Positions 1 through 13,830 of a DNA stretch of 64,000 nucleotides are shown in pieces. The notes under the pieces were generated by a model. It worked only from the letters and a program-made list of their open reading frames with translations. It made no database searches and was not told the DNA's origin. Both the position numbers and the translations under genes were made by a program. Source of the stretch: Leptogorgia sarmentosa (Eukaryota); assembly GCA_964658305.1 (NCBI GenBank), contig OZ210884.1:5270001-5334000 (forward strand), in the 5' to 3' direction. Each line of letters opens with the position of its first letter. Positions within the stretch are counted from its first letter, which is position 1.

Positions 1-409
1 TGACGCAATGCGCATGCTCAGACTATTATTTGCAGGTGAGCAACGTTTTTAACAAATGCGCATGCTCAGACTATTATTTGCACGCAGTTATTTGCAGGTA
101 AATTGACCAATCAAAATTGAGAATACTATAAAGTGAATAATAATTTCAATTGTTCAATTTCACGTTTCCAATTGTTGTGCGTTAACACTAAATATTTGAT
201 GAATAGCATAATTCTAAAAATAAAGATTCGAATTGTGTAAAGTTTAATTATGTACATTACATTCGAATATCTTGAATAATTTTATATTCGCTAAAGCTGT
301 TAGTTGGTGAAGGATGGAAATTTAGCTATTACGAACAGTACTCATCGATTTGCCGATATTTTTATTTCCGTTTCATTCCAGAAATAATAGGTTGAAATTC
401 AACTCTTAC

Positions 410-482
410 TAGTTTGTGCTTCTATTCCCACAAATACCAAGAGTAACGTCAGAAAATGCAATCCCTTCAGCTTTCTTGACAT
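410..482 (-). CDS. First coding exon (signal peptide) of a Calx-beta/EGF membrane-protein paralog; rest of gene lies left of the window
   Basis: ATG at 482 reads MSRKLKGLHFLTLLLVFVGIEAQT+1 nt, then a GTAAG donor. Clearly homologous to exon 13755-13830 ([25 protein letters not shown]), same phase-1 donor and similar flanks. Confidence 0.8.
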
Positions 483-549
483 CTAGGAAGACAGATAACA
501 GTCATAAGACATGCAGTGGTTTCACTATTAGGCTCGCTTCATACGTAGA

Positions 550-851
550 CAGGGACGTAGCGAATGCGGGGTGCGGGAAACAGCCCCCCCCAAATTTTGC
601 CTCAGTCGGCAAGAAAAGAACTGCTGTCAAATTATGCGGGGAAAATATTTTTTAACTAAAACTGCGTTGTATTTAGTATTAATGTAACAAATAAAGTATT
701 AAGCTTTGTGTATGTACATTGAAAATTTAAGCTGATAACGTCGTTGACCACACCCAAATCATACCCCGACCACGCCCATTTTGTCGGCAAAATTGAGTCG
801 TGCACTCCCGCCCCCCCCCCCCCCGACCACGCAGCCATCGCTACGCCTCTG
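550..851. mobile_element. hAT-like MITE with G/C-run subtermini
   Basis: Imperfect TIR CAGGGACGTAGCGA ... TCGCTACGCCTCTG; imperfect flanking duplication tacgtaga/taacgtaga; not seen at the equivalent position upstream of the 13830 paralog. Confidence 0.6.
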
Positions 852-1249
852 TTAACGTAGATAATAATAATATTATAATAATATAAATAATAATATGATA
901 TAATATAATAACAATATAATAATAATATTACGAAAATCAATATTTATACAGGATAGACATAGGTTAGATCAAGATTTTATAGCTACTGCTTAGATGAAGA
1001 TAAAAAGTGCGACACGTAAGCAGATTTGTTCCAAGGAAAGCATTTTCTTCCTTCAACATTGCGCGTATTTCATGGTGCACATTTTGTTTCTATTACATTG
1101 AGGACCGAGTATTTCAAAAGCTGGTGCAATCCGTTTAGTTATCAACAAAAAAAACGGTGTGGTAAACTATTTCTAAAATTAGGCAACACAATCACACAAT
1201 AATTGAATTAGCATCAAAGACTAGCACAAAAGCAACAGTGGGCATTGCT

Positions 1250-3390
1250 TATTGCATTGATATATTGATAAACTATCTGATAACAGTTTCAATCGAATGA
1301 CATTATACTTCTACATACTTCGAATTTCCTAGTAGATGCTAAAAAACTCCTTCTTTCAATCCCGCACACTTTTTGTGTAAAAATTAATTAAATGGTCTCA
1401 ACAAGTCACATTCCTTCCCAACCACCACTAATTAAATGTCTTTTAGTGCACTTGAATTCAGTAACCGCCCATAACACAACAGATATCTGCAGGTGCTCGT
1501 TAACGTCTGCGACCCAACACCTCGTCTCCGGTTCTTTAGTTCATCATTCAGAAGACGTAAAAACAATTCATACATATGTAAGACAATTATGATATTATTA
1601 CGGTTACAAAGCAAACTAAACTTTGATTTTTGGATATTTGGAGCAAATTTTGAGAGACATTGTACAACGATGCCTATAAGTTATTTACATTATATTGACT
1701 AATAATATGCGTACTGACCTCTTTTATGATTTTCAGAACCGTTGAAAAAAGTGCTGTGAGGATATTTGAAACCAATGATGTAAAATTTCTTTCAAAGAAT
1801 GACAATGTAATGAAAGTACACAAAGTCTTGGAGGCCTCTGTTTTAAAACGATATCATTCTGTAAATCGCAAGCTGTTATGCCAAGCATGCGGAACAAATT
1901 ATGTTGAAGTACGCCGCAAAAGATAAACAAAATTTCGACACAGAATGTTTTACACCATCAACTCTATCGTGCGCGCGCAACACCTCCCAGGTATGTCAAT
2001 GTCAAATATCTGGCAAGCTACATAGACGTAAGAACAGATAATAGAATATTTGTACTGTGTAAAGTCAAATGTACAATTATTTGGACATTGCTATTTCTCT
2101 TAGAAGTAGAACTGATGTGTGGGCATAGAAAATCGAAGGAACGAACTGAGAACTCGAGCAAAACGTAAATGGCATGCGGACGCCATGCCACATCCGTGAT
2201 ATGGCCTGATACGCTTTTCTTTGGAACCCTGTAACTCACCTTCAAAAATATTTCAGCTCTTTATATTTATATATTTTCATCAAGAATGGCAATGTCAGTG
2301 CAACTATGAATTTTTAAAATTCCTTTTGGGTATAAAAAAGCTGAAAACCGACGCTTAATTCTTACGGGGTTTTTCTATCACTAACAAATCGTCATTAACA
2401 TGTTGATATCGACGCGCACTCATTCCCTACCTGGTTTAAAATATGGCGAATGGATTTAATGTGAAGTTACAGGGTTCAAAATAAGGCGTATCGGTCGTGC
2501 AGTTTTACGCTTACAGTCCATTACTTTGACACTTGTATAACCGACAGGCGTTTAATGGCCATATCTGGCGACAGGAAATCACAATTTAGATACAAAGAAT
2601 TTCTTGTAATTTCATCCCAGTACTTATATCATGAGTGATTTGGTAAAGCAATAAAGACAAAATGCATTTTTGAAACGGATTGAGAAACGGATTGAAACTG
2701 TCTTTATGTACAGTTACTACAGTAATGTTGAAATTGTTGATTGAGTCTCCCTTCTTTTTCTACTGCAACAACTCGATAGCTACATTTTGACTTTCCGTTG
2801 AATTAAGGAATTATAGGCTTATATAGCAATTATTTCATTTGCAGTCAGCGACAAAGTGTCTGATCTAAATTGAGCTGAAAAAAAATTTCTTTTCAGAAGT
2901 CGACGTCATGAAAATAGTTTCGCTTTTGTAGAAATGCTATATAGCATATAAAAATTATTTTCATAAGCTCATATTCATAAAAGGTTTGTTTGATGACAAT
3001 GAAAAAAAAATGAAAAAAATTTAATGTTTAAAATCTGGGATTTTTGCCAAGGAAGTAATGATAGCTCCATGTTATTATAAACACAAGTGTATAAAATTTA
3101 CTCGTGCTTGCGAGCGGAGATTTGGAGGTTTGGCCAGTTATTTTATGCACCACTATGATAATTGTACCTACTACAGTATATAATCAACAGGAGTCGACAA
3201 GCGTTTCAATATAGCGTGGGCAATATCTGGATGAAATGATAACTGACATGACAACAAGAACAGTCTACTGTATTCTACACAAACACAAAGAAACATGCAG
3301 ACACTAAGTGGTTTTTTGTAAACGTCATCCGGCTATAGGCTATACAGATAGAACAACCCAGATTGGATAGCCAAATACCTTTGTCGTTAA
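1250..3390. repeat. Diverged segmental duplication, copy A (upstream region of the left paralog)
   Basis: Collinear blocks shared with 14370-16650, e.g. CGAATTTCCTAG, AATGTCAAATATC, GACAGGAAATCACAATTT.ATACAAAGAATTTC, CAAGCGTTTCAA, AAATGATAACTG.CATGACAAC; offset about 13.2-13.35 kb. Confidence 0.85.
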
Positions 3391-4193
3391 ATTTTGATGC
3401 ATCAGATATAGTGCAGCCCACTTAAGCCTAACACTTTATGCTTTCAGAATTTTTTCCAATTTGAATAATTTATTTATAGAAAACTCTGAATGTTCGAAAT
3501 CTGTAAAGATAAGGACACCTTTTAGTTTCAATTTTGCCTTGGCAGACAAACATTTCTTGATTGAAATCTTGATAAGCTGCGTAACACAATATTCCTGGTA
3601 GGAGGTTCAAACATTTTTAAAATACTTGATACTCATGGTGGACAAAAAAGATCATTCATCTTTGGTGTCTTACTGTGCGTTTATGGATAAGATTTTACAT
3701 CGCAATAAAGCTTTTAGCTTCCTACTAAAATTTTCTTTTTCGTAAAAAATTTAGACTTCAGTAGTATTATACCGTACGGTATAATACTACTGACTTCATA
3801 CTTTATAGCTACTTAATTAGACTTCGGTCGCATTTTTCAACCGTCGGGAATATTGCAATAAAGAAAGCAATTGTTATTACACTCGCTACAACATGTATTA
3901 TTTATTATATTAAAATCTTCAATAACAAATAATGCATATATGGATTAGATTTATCCTGCTTACCAATAAATTATGTATGGTACAAATTAAAGTACAATGT
4001 TTTAAATACTCGACGTTCGTGTATAATGCGACTGCAATCACGACTCTTAGCTAGCGTAAAAGATCGCTAAAAAATGCAGATAATGCAGCTATAATTCATT
4101 CTACTGTATATTTTAAGTTCTATTATTAGTTATATAATTATTTTACATTATATCAGGAAGCTAAATTTTAGTTTGTGTTTTTAATGGTAAACT

Positions 4194-4448
4194 AGGTGTC
4201 CCAAAAACGTCCCCACTATATAGAAATAAGCTGTTTTTTTGTTAAACGTGCCTTTGAGAATTTTTGAATTGAATGGTACATCACCGTAGTATGAACGACA
4301 AAAGTACGCACTTGCATGTAACAGCACGTGTTTGTGTTGCGTGCATGAGAAGCTAATTTAAATATCTAGAGTTGTAATAACCCGACATCAACAGCAAAAG
4401 AGTAATTTCTATATAATAGTTGTATAGACTTTTTTAGGGGCAGCTGTA
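4194..4448. mobile_element. Degenerate Tc1/mariner-like MITE
   Basis: Ends TAGGTGTCCCAAAAA ... TTTTTAGGGGCAGCTGTA resemble the termini of the element at 51402-51642. Confidence 0.4.
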
Positions 4449-4463
4449 TACCTTAATATTAAA

Positions 4464-7400
4464 TCAGGGTATGTCGTGGTCTTTGTAATAATAATCCATG
4501 ACAGGAGATGAGCGAGGACCTGGACCTCGACTTTCATACTTCTTAGGATAAACTGGACCATAACTCCTGAAACACAAATGTACAGTGGCAGATTAGTTTC
4601 AATCTTCGTCAGGAATTGGTTGCAAAACTGAAACGTTCATGTTAAAATACACGGTATTTTAAACAAATTAAGTTCCCGGCTCCGATCGTCGTTGAATTTA
4701 AAATAACCCAATGCTGTACATATAGTATTATCACTTACTTTACTGCAAGAATCACGATCACAACAACGACCAACAAAACGAAAATCACAACCACCGGAAT
4801 AATAATTGCTATAAGCATGGTTTCATCATCGTCATCTTTGGCTAGGAATTCTGTTTTAATAAATGCAAATTGATTATGCATATGATTGATAAATTACAAT
4901 GCATGGAGACAGAAAGCATGCTATTAATAAAAGACTGCCGTTGTTTCTGAATTTTAGTTTTTCAGCAAAAGATATACAGATGAACCACAACACCTGCACA
5001 TCAGGACATAATTATTTTAAGTGCTTCTGGTGGGCTTTTTGCCCCACTGGGTACGTCTAATACCGCAGAAAGAGAATCGGTCCATCACTAGTGCGGCCTT
5101 ATCGTTTTAGTCCTCCTACAATTCGACAGATTTTTCGACAGATTAATGGGTGATCGGAAACGTAGTATTTTACACAGTATGTTTTTTACGCATTCAAATT
5201 CTGGTCTCGTGCTAAAGTACCGGAATATACTTGTATAGATATTAATGTTTCTATTGCCTTAATTCTCTTGTGCAACAAGTGTTCTTGATCCAAGCAACCA
5301 TATTTATAGTTATGCGATGTCAAAGAACTGGGTTCAAAGTAAGAGCGTTTGGGACCGGTCTATAATAATTTTAATAATAAACAAAAACATCGATATAAAC
5401 ATCGATATTCACTCTGGTATATGAACTAGAATTAAAACATTATAGTTCAGAGCAGAAGACTTTGTTGTGAGTAAAGAATTTATGGCTATTTTGGACTGTT
5501 ATCGCAAATTTTTACAACATGTTTTCACAAGCTGTACTGTGGCGAATTATATGACCTCGACTTACTTAAATGATAAGCCAAAAAGTTTTATTTCGTAGTT
5601 TAATAAAATAAGGAAATACCAACCACATTGTTTTCCATTGCCTGTGTAGCCAGCGTTACAAGCACACCCGAAGCTTCCAGGAGTATTAGTACATGCAGCA
5701 TTTGAAGAACAATCATTGCCACTCACGCATTCATCAATATCTGAAATATTTAAGTGAGTTAAATCTTCAGGCTCACGATAGATTAACGAGTTCAGCAATT
5801 ATCAAGATAATAGATGGATCAGTTGGATGTGAAATCCCAATCCTATCCAATAAAAAACATTTAGAAATTCGGCAAAGTTTATAAATGGCAAACAAATGAA
5901 ATTAAGGGTAACTTTTCAAATACTGTAGGTAGCCAACTTGATAAAAAGACGTACCGGTGCAATCGGTCCCACTTCCTGTGTAGCCACTGTTACAAGCACA
6001 GGAAAATGAACCAGGCATATTTTGACATGCAGCATTGGAATGGCAGTTATCAACTTGATCCGTACATTCGTCGATATCTGAAAAGTTACATTACGCCAAT
6101 TCAGGTATATACGTAGGTGCTGAAAGGTCACTTATTGCAGTATTGTCATAATTTATGACCGGTTTTGTTTGAGATTTGACCTTTCCTTCCTGATGCTATG
6201 GAAGGGATGATGGAGAGGATGGGTGAAGGCTGGGGGTTGACCCTTAAACCCCCCTTCTTTATTTCATGACATCCCTTTTTACTATTAAAAAATTATTGAC
6301 AATAATTTATTGCATATATCGAAAAAAACAAGTAGTCACGAGCTTCTTCTATCGCAACTTTTCTTATGTTTCAAACAGAATTGTTTTAATCTAGTCATAA
6401 CCCATGACATCGACTTGACGTGAATAGCGACGAAAATAATTTAAAATTTGATTATAATGAATCCGCGATTCTTTTCTCAGTTTGTAAGCAAGGAATTCTA
6501 ATTTGCAACTCTGAGGAGCAATTAAACACGGTTCGTAAAATTATTATGACATTATAATGTGTTTGTAACATTATTATGACATGATAGTATATATAGTTCG
6601 TTTTTGAATGTTTTCGTTTCGGCGAAATTTTACGGTATAAATATGTAATATATGTATCACTAGTCGTTAGCGTAAACAAACCTGTGCAATCCGCCCCACT
6701 TCCTGTGTAGCCAGTGTTACAAGTGCAGGAAAATGAACCAGGCATATTTTGACATGTGGCGTTGTCATGGCAGTTATCACTTTCATCCATACATTCATTG
6801 ATATCTGAAACGTCGCATTAAACCGATGTATGTTTCAAAAGACCATTTACTACATACCATGAAATGGTTGGGGAGAAAAGGGTACATTGAGAGGTATAGC
6901 TCACAAAGGTAGCTTATTTGCGATTTAAAAGAGCTTAAAAAACACGATGTGTAAACAAACCTGTGCAATCCGTCCCACTTCCTGTGTAGCCAGTGTTACA
7001 AGCGCAAGAGAATGAACCAGGTATATTTTGACATATGGCGTCGTCGTGACAGTTATCACTTTCATCCATACATTCATTGATATCTGAAACGTCACATTAA
7101 ACCGATGTATGTTTCAAAAGACCATTTACTACATACCATGAAATGGTTGGGGAGAAAAGGGTACATTGAGAGGTATAGCTCACAAAGGTAGCTTATTTGC
7201 GATTTAAAAGAGCTTAAAAAACACGATGTGTAAACAAACCTGTGCAATCCGTCCCACTTCCTGTGTAGCCAGTGTTACAAGTGCAAGAGAATGAACCAGG
7301 TATATTTTGACATATGGCGTCGTCGTGACAGTTATCACCTTCATCCATACATTCATTGATATCTGAAAATACATTAAATTGATTGACGTGCGCGCGGAAA

Positions 7401-10400
7401 TATCACTCAAAATACAGTGAGGTGAATACGAAGAAAGCAGGTTTCGTTTGTGTATTCACCTCGTCTGCTTCACACATGCCATAAAATGGCGCTGGTCGAG
7501 GGAGAGGGGAGAGGTTAAGCCTGGTAGTTGACCCCGCTTCCCGCTGCCCTATTCATCCCACGTGGGACCAGGGTTTCCCTTTTTCCTTCCAGAAAAATAT
7601 TGTTTATAAGAATTTATTGCATTTATCAGCAAAAACGAGTAGTTGCGAATTTTTCCTGTCACAACTTTTCTTATATTTTTTATATTTGGAATTCGTTAAA
7701 TCGTTCTCAGACATGCTAAATTTTACGGCATAAATAATTATGTAACATTACTACGTCATCACGGTAAACAAACCTGTGCAATCTGTTCCGCTTCCTGTGT
7801 AACCAGTGTTACAAGTACAGGAAAATGAACCAGGTATATTTTCACACATGGCGTCGTCATGACAGTTACCACTTCCATCCATACATTCATTGATATCTGA
7901 AAAGTCACAATTTTTATTTATTTACGCGCGGAAATATCACTCAGAAAACAGTGTTGTGAATAGGGGGAAGGCAGGTTTTGTTTGGGAATTCAGCTGGTCT
8001 GTTTCATATAGGTCATAAAATAGTCGATTTATTTATGTACGCACCAAAAGTAAATTTAATTCATGTAATATGTAATTCCAGAGATCCGAAATTCTACGGT
8101 ATACTGAATATGTAACAAGACGACATTAATTGATGTAAACAAACCTTGACAAACCGTTCCAGTTCCTGTGTAGCCAGTGTTACAAATGCAGTAAAATGAA
8201 CCAGTATTATTGTGGCATGTAGCGTCGGCATGGCAGTTATGACTTCCGCTCGTACATTCATCGATATCTAAAATGAGATTATGACGATCATTTTTGCGCA
8301 CGCTGAATAAACACTCGATAGCATCGTTATCGAACTTCGAAAGACATCTTTCTGTCGACACAGAAACTGTTTCTGTCACTTTATATGGTTTCATTTCCCT
8401 TTTTGGGGGCAAAACAGGTTGGTTGCCTGGGGCATTTTAGAATAACTGTAAACAATCTCAAATTAACATACGTACCCTGGCAGGATTCACCATTCCCAGA
8501 AAAGCCGCTGTTGCAGGTGCAACCAAATGAGCCAATTGTGTTCTCACATGTAGCGTTGCCGTGGCAATTGTCGGTATCAAGATCACATTCGTTGATATCT
8601 GCTCGTTTTAAAAAGAAGTTATTGAAATCTTGAACAGTTAAAAGAGCAACCTAACAAAATTCTGTTCTTTAAAAGTGATTCAAAAGAACTCAAATATATT
8701 AATTATACCGAATCGGCAAAGAAAAAGATAGGAGTTGTTGTATAAATCTGAATTTCATGTTGGTACAAATCCTAAAATCGGCAGCAACTCCCCACTTTTA
8801 TTTAAGTGATTAACTTAAATAAGGAAGCACGTAAAGAGTTCGTGAGAGTACAGATTTGCACATCAAACTAACCTTCACAATATCTCCCATTTCCTGAATA
8901 ACCAGTCATACAGGAACAATTAAATGAACTCTCAATATTTGTACAATCAGCGTTGACAGAGCAGTTATGGCCACCATCATTACATTCATTAATATCTAAA
9001 AATTATCCAATAAAATATTTTTGTATTCACTATTATATCAATATTTCTTCTGATGAAATAACGTGCTGTTAACCATGCATTCCACATTCTCCAATAATGT
9101 CTAAAAATGTTCTCCTCTAAGTCAATTCGTGTTTAATTTTGTTGAATATATAATAAAGTTGCATTTGGAAAGAGTATAAAACATAAAGCTAAATCCTTGT
9201 GTCTTTACACGAGAATACTTGAATATTAATTAAGTGGGTACCTTGGCACGAGGCAACACCATCTCCAGTATATCCAGTGTTGCAGCCACATACAAATGAG
9301 CCAGCAATGTTTCTACATGTTCCATGTGATGTTGGGTCGAGACAATTATTATCATTCGGATCCCCGCATTCATCAACATCTGTAAATATAAAACGAGTTT
9401 TTTTCTTAAAAAAAAAAACAAGTACAGAGTAAATACCGCCGATTTCCTTCCAAGTAGCTCTATCTATGTAAACAGTAGTACTAGTTTCTATTTTTTAAGG
9501 TCACTGGAGAAGCAATTTTTGTTAAATGTGACGAGTAGAAAGCAGGCTTTTGATGTCTTTGAACTACAATATACTTTTGGCTTCCAACATTGATTTTCTT
9601 AGCTTGAATATGATCTGTTGCGACAGCATTACGTACACTGCTGATGATTTGAGGTAGTCAATCAAGAGAAATTATATTTACATGTTGTTTTTTTTACATA
9701 GAATTGACATGACGTGTTATTTACCTTCACAAATATGCAACGTTCCGTTTTCTCTGTACCCAGACAAACATATGCAATTAAAGGAACCAATAGTATCTTG
9801 GCATGATGATGACTGACTGTCACAAGAGTCTAATTGCTCTGCGCATTCATTAATATCTGAAGAGAAAACAAGTACAATTATAAACAAGTACGATTTATAC
9901 GCAGCCTTCTGTTCAGTCATTTATGCCATCACCTATACTCGATACAAAAGCTATTGAAGTAATGCAAAAAAAAGTATCTATAATTATTCAATACCTTCCC
10001 CACTAATATCAATAATATGTTCTTGAAAAGATGAAATATTGTGAATAACTTGGTAGCCTTGAGTGCCAATAATTAAGAGGTTTTGGACTACTTACCCGTG
10101 CAGTCTGTAATACCATCTCCAGTGTATCCTGTCTGACAACCACAAATGAATGAACCATTCGTGTTTATGCATATTCCCAATGTGTGGTTACAGTTGTCAA
10201 GATTTGAGCCACATTCATCAATATCTGTGGACAGATTAAATATTGTGAGTAGATGATACTATTGATATTGTTGATTAAACTACAGTGTTCGGTGAACAGG
10301 ATTTTGGTATCTTTTTATCAATCGCTTGACGTTTTTATACCTAATTCAATACATATTTTTTTCCAACTCTCGACCTCCTATTGAATTTAATGTAAACTTA

Positions 10401-13400
10401 AGGAAGTAAGATACAATTACAGGTTTTTAATCTGGAAAAGTTTCATATTTCACATACCAGTGCAATTTTCTCCGTTTCCACTCCAACCATCTTTACAGGT
10501 ACATGTGAATGATCCATTGGTGTTTGTACAATTAGCTTGCGGATGACAATTGTGAGTGCTCTCGGTACATTCGTCAATATCTGAAGTAAAAATGGTTGTT
10601 AACTGTAAGAACTTAAAACAATAGAATAAACAATGTATTGACAGTAGGCTCTATATTATTGTCTTTCAGTAATTAAATTGTAATCATATGAGAACTGGTA
10701 TTGATACAACGTTAACCATTCGTGCGTGATTAATGTAAAATAAAACTGCATGTATTTGAAATACGAATTAAATATTGACAACAACTCAGTATTCACAAGT
10801 TTCAATTATTTCATTTATAGTTTATTTAATTTTTACAATTTCGTAAGTAGTAATTAATTGGGCGCTAAGAAGGACAATCGAAACTTGCAAAACTTGAAGC
10901 ACGTAGCTGTACCACTATCAATCATCTAAAATTTCAGTTACGAAACTCTTGAAGATCTCAAACTGAAATATTTTATTAAGGAAAAAGTTTATAATACAAG
11001 TCTAATTAAGAATATATAATTGCCATCTTTCACATACCAGTGCAATTCACTCCGTTGCCACTCCAACCATCTTTACAGGTACATGTAAATGATCCATTGG
11101 TGTCTGTGCAATTGGCTTGTGTATCACAATTGTCAGAACTAGGGCTTCCCGAACATTCGTTGATATCTGAAGATGAAAATGGTTGTTACAGTTACAAATT
11201 AGAACAATGGACGGACCAATTGCACAATAGACAAAATTTCCAAAGAAATTCGAAATTCATTACAACGAAATTAAAAGGACAGAAGTTATCAAACTTCCAA
11301 AGAAACTATTTTCGAAAAGCTATAATATTTGCAACGATTTTCTATTGGATTATTCATCCATATAAGAAAGACTTAGTCCTTGATTAAGAAAAATTGCGTA
11401 ATTCACATACTTGTGCAATTTTCTCCGTCGCCAGTCCACCCAGGGTTACAGGTGCATGTGAACGATCCTATTGTGTTTGTGCAAGTGGCCTCTGTCGGTA
11501 CATTATCACAGGTGTGATTCCCTATGGAACATTCGTTGATATCTAAAAATGAAAATGGTTGTCACCAGTCATGATCAGAAGTTATAACAAACAGAATAAA
11601 CAAGGAAATAAATAAGAATAGTAACGAATAAGAAGAAACATAGCTATATAACAATAATAATACTCGAAATTTTTGAGATGAGTGATAACCACCCAAGAGA
11701 CCGAGATATTAGATAAACTTCTCCAAGCCCTATGCTAATGCTTTGCTTCACCATGGTTTAAATTGTACCGGAATAAATACCCTCATGCTTGGACTTACCC
11801 CGGACGCCCTCCCCTACGCCATGTTGGCTCGGGAGCAATTTCCATCAACGCATTTAATCAAAGGACTACAGACGTGTTTCGTTGATTACATTTGTTGACT
11901 ATACATTACAAAAAATCACTTAAAATCTACCAAAGTAGGCCTTTTGTAGGTTGTAGCTAGTTGTCTTCTTTTTGTATAATATAATTAATATATACCGCTC
12001 ACTGATGTGAGAGAAACATTGGTTTGCACTAGAAACACTGTATAGATATCATAACACACACTGTATGTGAGAGAAACATTGGGTTTGCACTAGAAACGCT
12101 GTATAGATATCATGCCACTCACTGTACGTATTTCAGAGAAACATTTGTCATTGGTTGGACAAGTCTTTGCAAAACAATTGACCACAATTTGACAAAATTT
12201 TGTTTCATAAATTTAAAATTATTCATTCCATCTTTACCTTCACATATTAAACCGTCTCCAGAAAAGCCATCCTTACATCCACATGTAAATGATCCATCTG
12301 TATTTACACATGTAGCATTGTCGTGACAGTTGTGCAGTGTGTCATTGCCACATTCATTCACATCTACAACAATAATGAGAGACCTTTTCACTTACGGTAA
12401 TGTTTTTAAATCGACGTCGTGTGTAGAAATTAACACAATACCAACAGTCACGATGGTACAAACTAAATTAACATCAAATTATATTTACCATCATCATTAA
12501 GAATAGTCACCATAGCTCCATCAGCACCTGGTCTTATGAATGTTGCATCACTTGGTGAATTTATGGTTAGACTAATGCTGAATGTTTCAAGCCCTTCGTC
12601 TAAATCATCCATTATTAGTTGTATCTCATGGGAGCAATTGGTACCATTAGTCGTTAAAAACACCGGGATACTTGCAAATACATAATCACTTCCTGCTGTT
12701 GCGACGCCTGTAGTAGTCGTTATCCTTAAATTGTAATAAATGAAAAGATTTCATGACCATAAATTTAATTTAGCAATACCTTCAAATAAGTATACGATCA
12801 GGTACTGATGCAGTTTCTACATTGGATATATTTTAAACTTATCCCTGTTGATGAGGGCATGCGCACTTAGTTCGGTTACGACTGCCCCGTTTTCCCCGAA
12901 TTTAACCGAAACTTCCAAAGCGATCCCTGCATTTGCGCAAAAATGAGCGCGCTTAGGTAAGGCTCAGCCATTAAGCCATCATACGCCATTGTGTTAAGAA
13001 CAAAGCCATTGGGCTTGCAATGAATATGAATGGGGAATATTTGTGTTCTTTGGTGCAATCTAGAAATCTAAAAATTTCTTCACAACAATCTAACTCCATC
13101 CGTCGATGGGAAATATCCCTTACAATCGCTGTGGGAAATATGATGCGAATTTAGGTTTTTTCAAAGCGCGTCGCCCCCCTAACAAGGAGAACACTAAGAA
13201 ATTAGCAGTGTTTATGGGACTGACCAATAGGAGACTGAATACAAACATGAGAAATACATGCGCAAAAATTGTACTCTTACGTTGCATTGATTCCTCCTCC
13301 AACATCTTGAGTGTCAAGACAAATTTCTACATTTTCACCTTCGTCGCCGTAATAGAAGCTGCGATCAAATCCAATCTTGGGATCTTTAAAATAATTTGAG

Positions 13401-13830
13401 TATAATGATATTATTGAACCCGAAGAAAATAATTAAGTATGGTAACATGGTACGTAAATATCTCATACCGCCCCAGAGAAAAAACTCGGCAGTCAAATAA
13501 TTTTTTACAATTATACAACTGGAATACTTTTTGGGAAACAATTGGTTATTGTTTTTGATCAAACATTGGCCTTTGTTACACGAGTTATGTTATTAATTCG
13601 AATATCTTTCAGTTTGCGTTTGCTATAACAATTGGTCGATAGGGGATTAAAATCAATTCCAGATAAACTATAAAATTTGCGATAATGCACAAAAACTGAC
13701 GCTTATTCACACATTCATTAATTTGCTGATTACAGGTTGAAATTCGGGTCTTACTTTGTGCTTCTATTTTCACAAGTACCAAAAGCAACGCCAGCAATTG
13801 CAATCGATATCCCTTCAGCTTTCTTGGCAT
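4464..13830 (-). CDS. Type I membrane protein: signal peptide + Calx-beta + 16 Ca-binding EGF modules + TM + Tyr-rich tail (21 exons, about 879 aa)
   Basis: Exons: 13755-13830 (signal); 13281-13383 and 12489-12724 (Calx-beta: [41 protein letters not shown]). EGF exons: 12238-12363, 11411-11542, 11038-11166, 10458-10580, 10096-10224, 9725-9856, 9242-9379, 8873-8995, 8476-8598, 8145-8267, 7774-7896, 7240-7362, 6961-7083, 6682-6804, 5955-6077, 5624-5740 (D-I/V-D/N-E-C start, all phase 1). TM exon 4739-4850 ([26 protein letters not shown]). Last exon 4464-4566, TGA. All GT-AG, phases consistent. Confidence 0.88.
6682..7362. repeat. Tandem 279-bp exon+intron duplication (3 EGF exons)
   Basis: Exon boundaries at 6682, 6961, 7240 (period 279); introns 6805-6960 and 7084-7239 nearly identical. 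Confidence 0.95.
12000..12150. repeat. About 60-bp tandem repeat, 2 copies plus a partial
   Basis: ATGTGAGAGAAACATTGG(G)TTTGCACTAGAAAC.CTGTATAGATATCAT occurs twice. Confidence 0.8.

Noticed and set aside
1390..1930. Short ORFs in the duplicated upstream block as a decayed gene
   Set aside because: Frames are not preserved in the 14.6-15.2 kb copy and I recognise no protein family; BLASTX would be needed.
4464..13830. Naming the gene fibrillin, Notch, uromodulin or an adhesion GPCR
   Set aside because: No TB, LNR/ankyrin, ZP, GAIN or 7TM exons are present; no symbol assigned.
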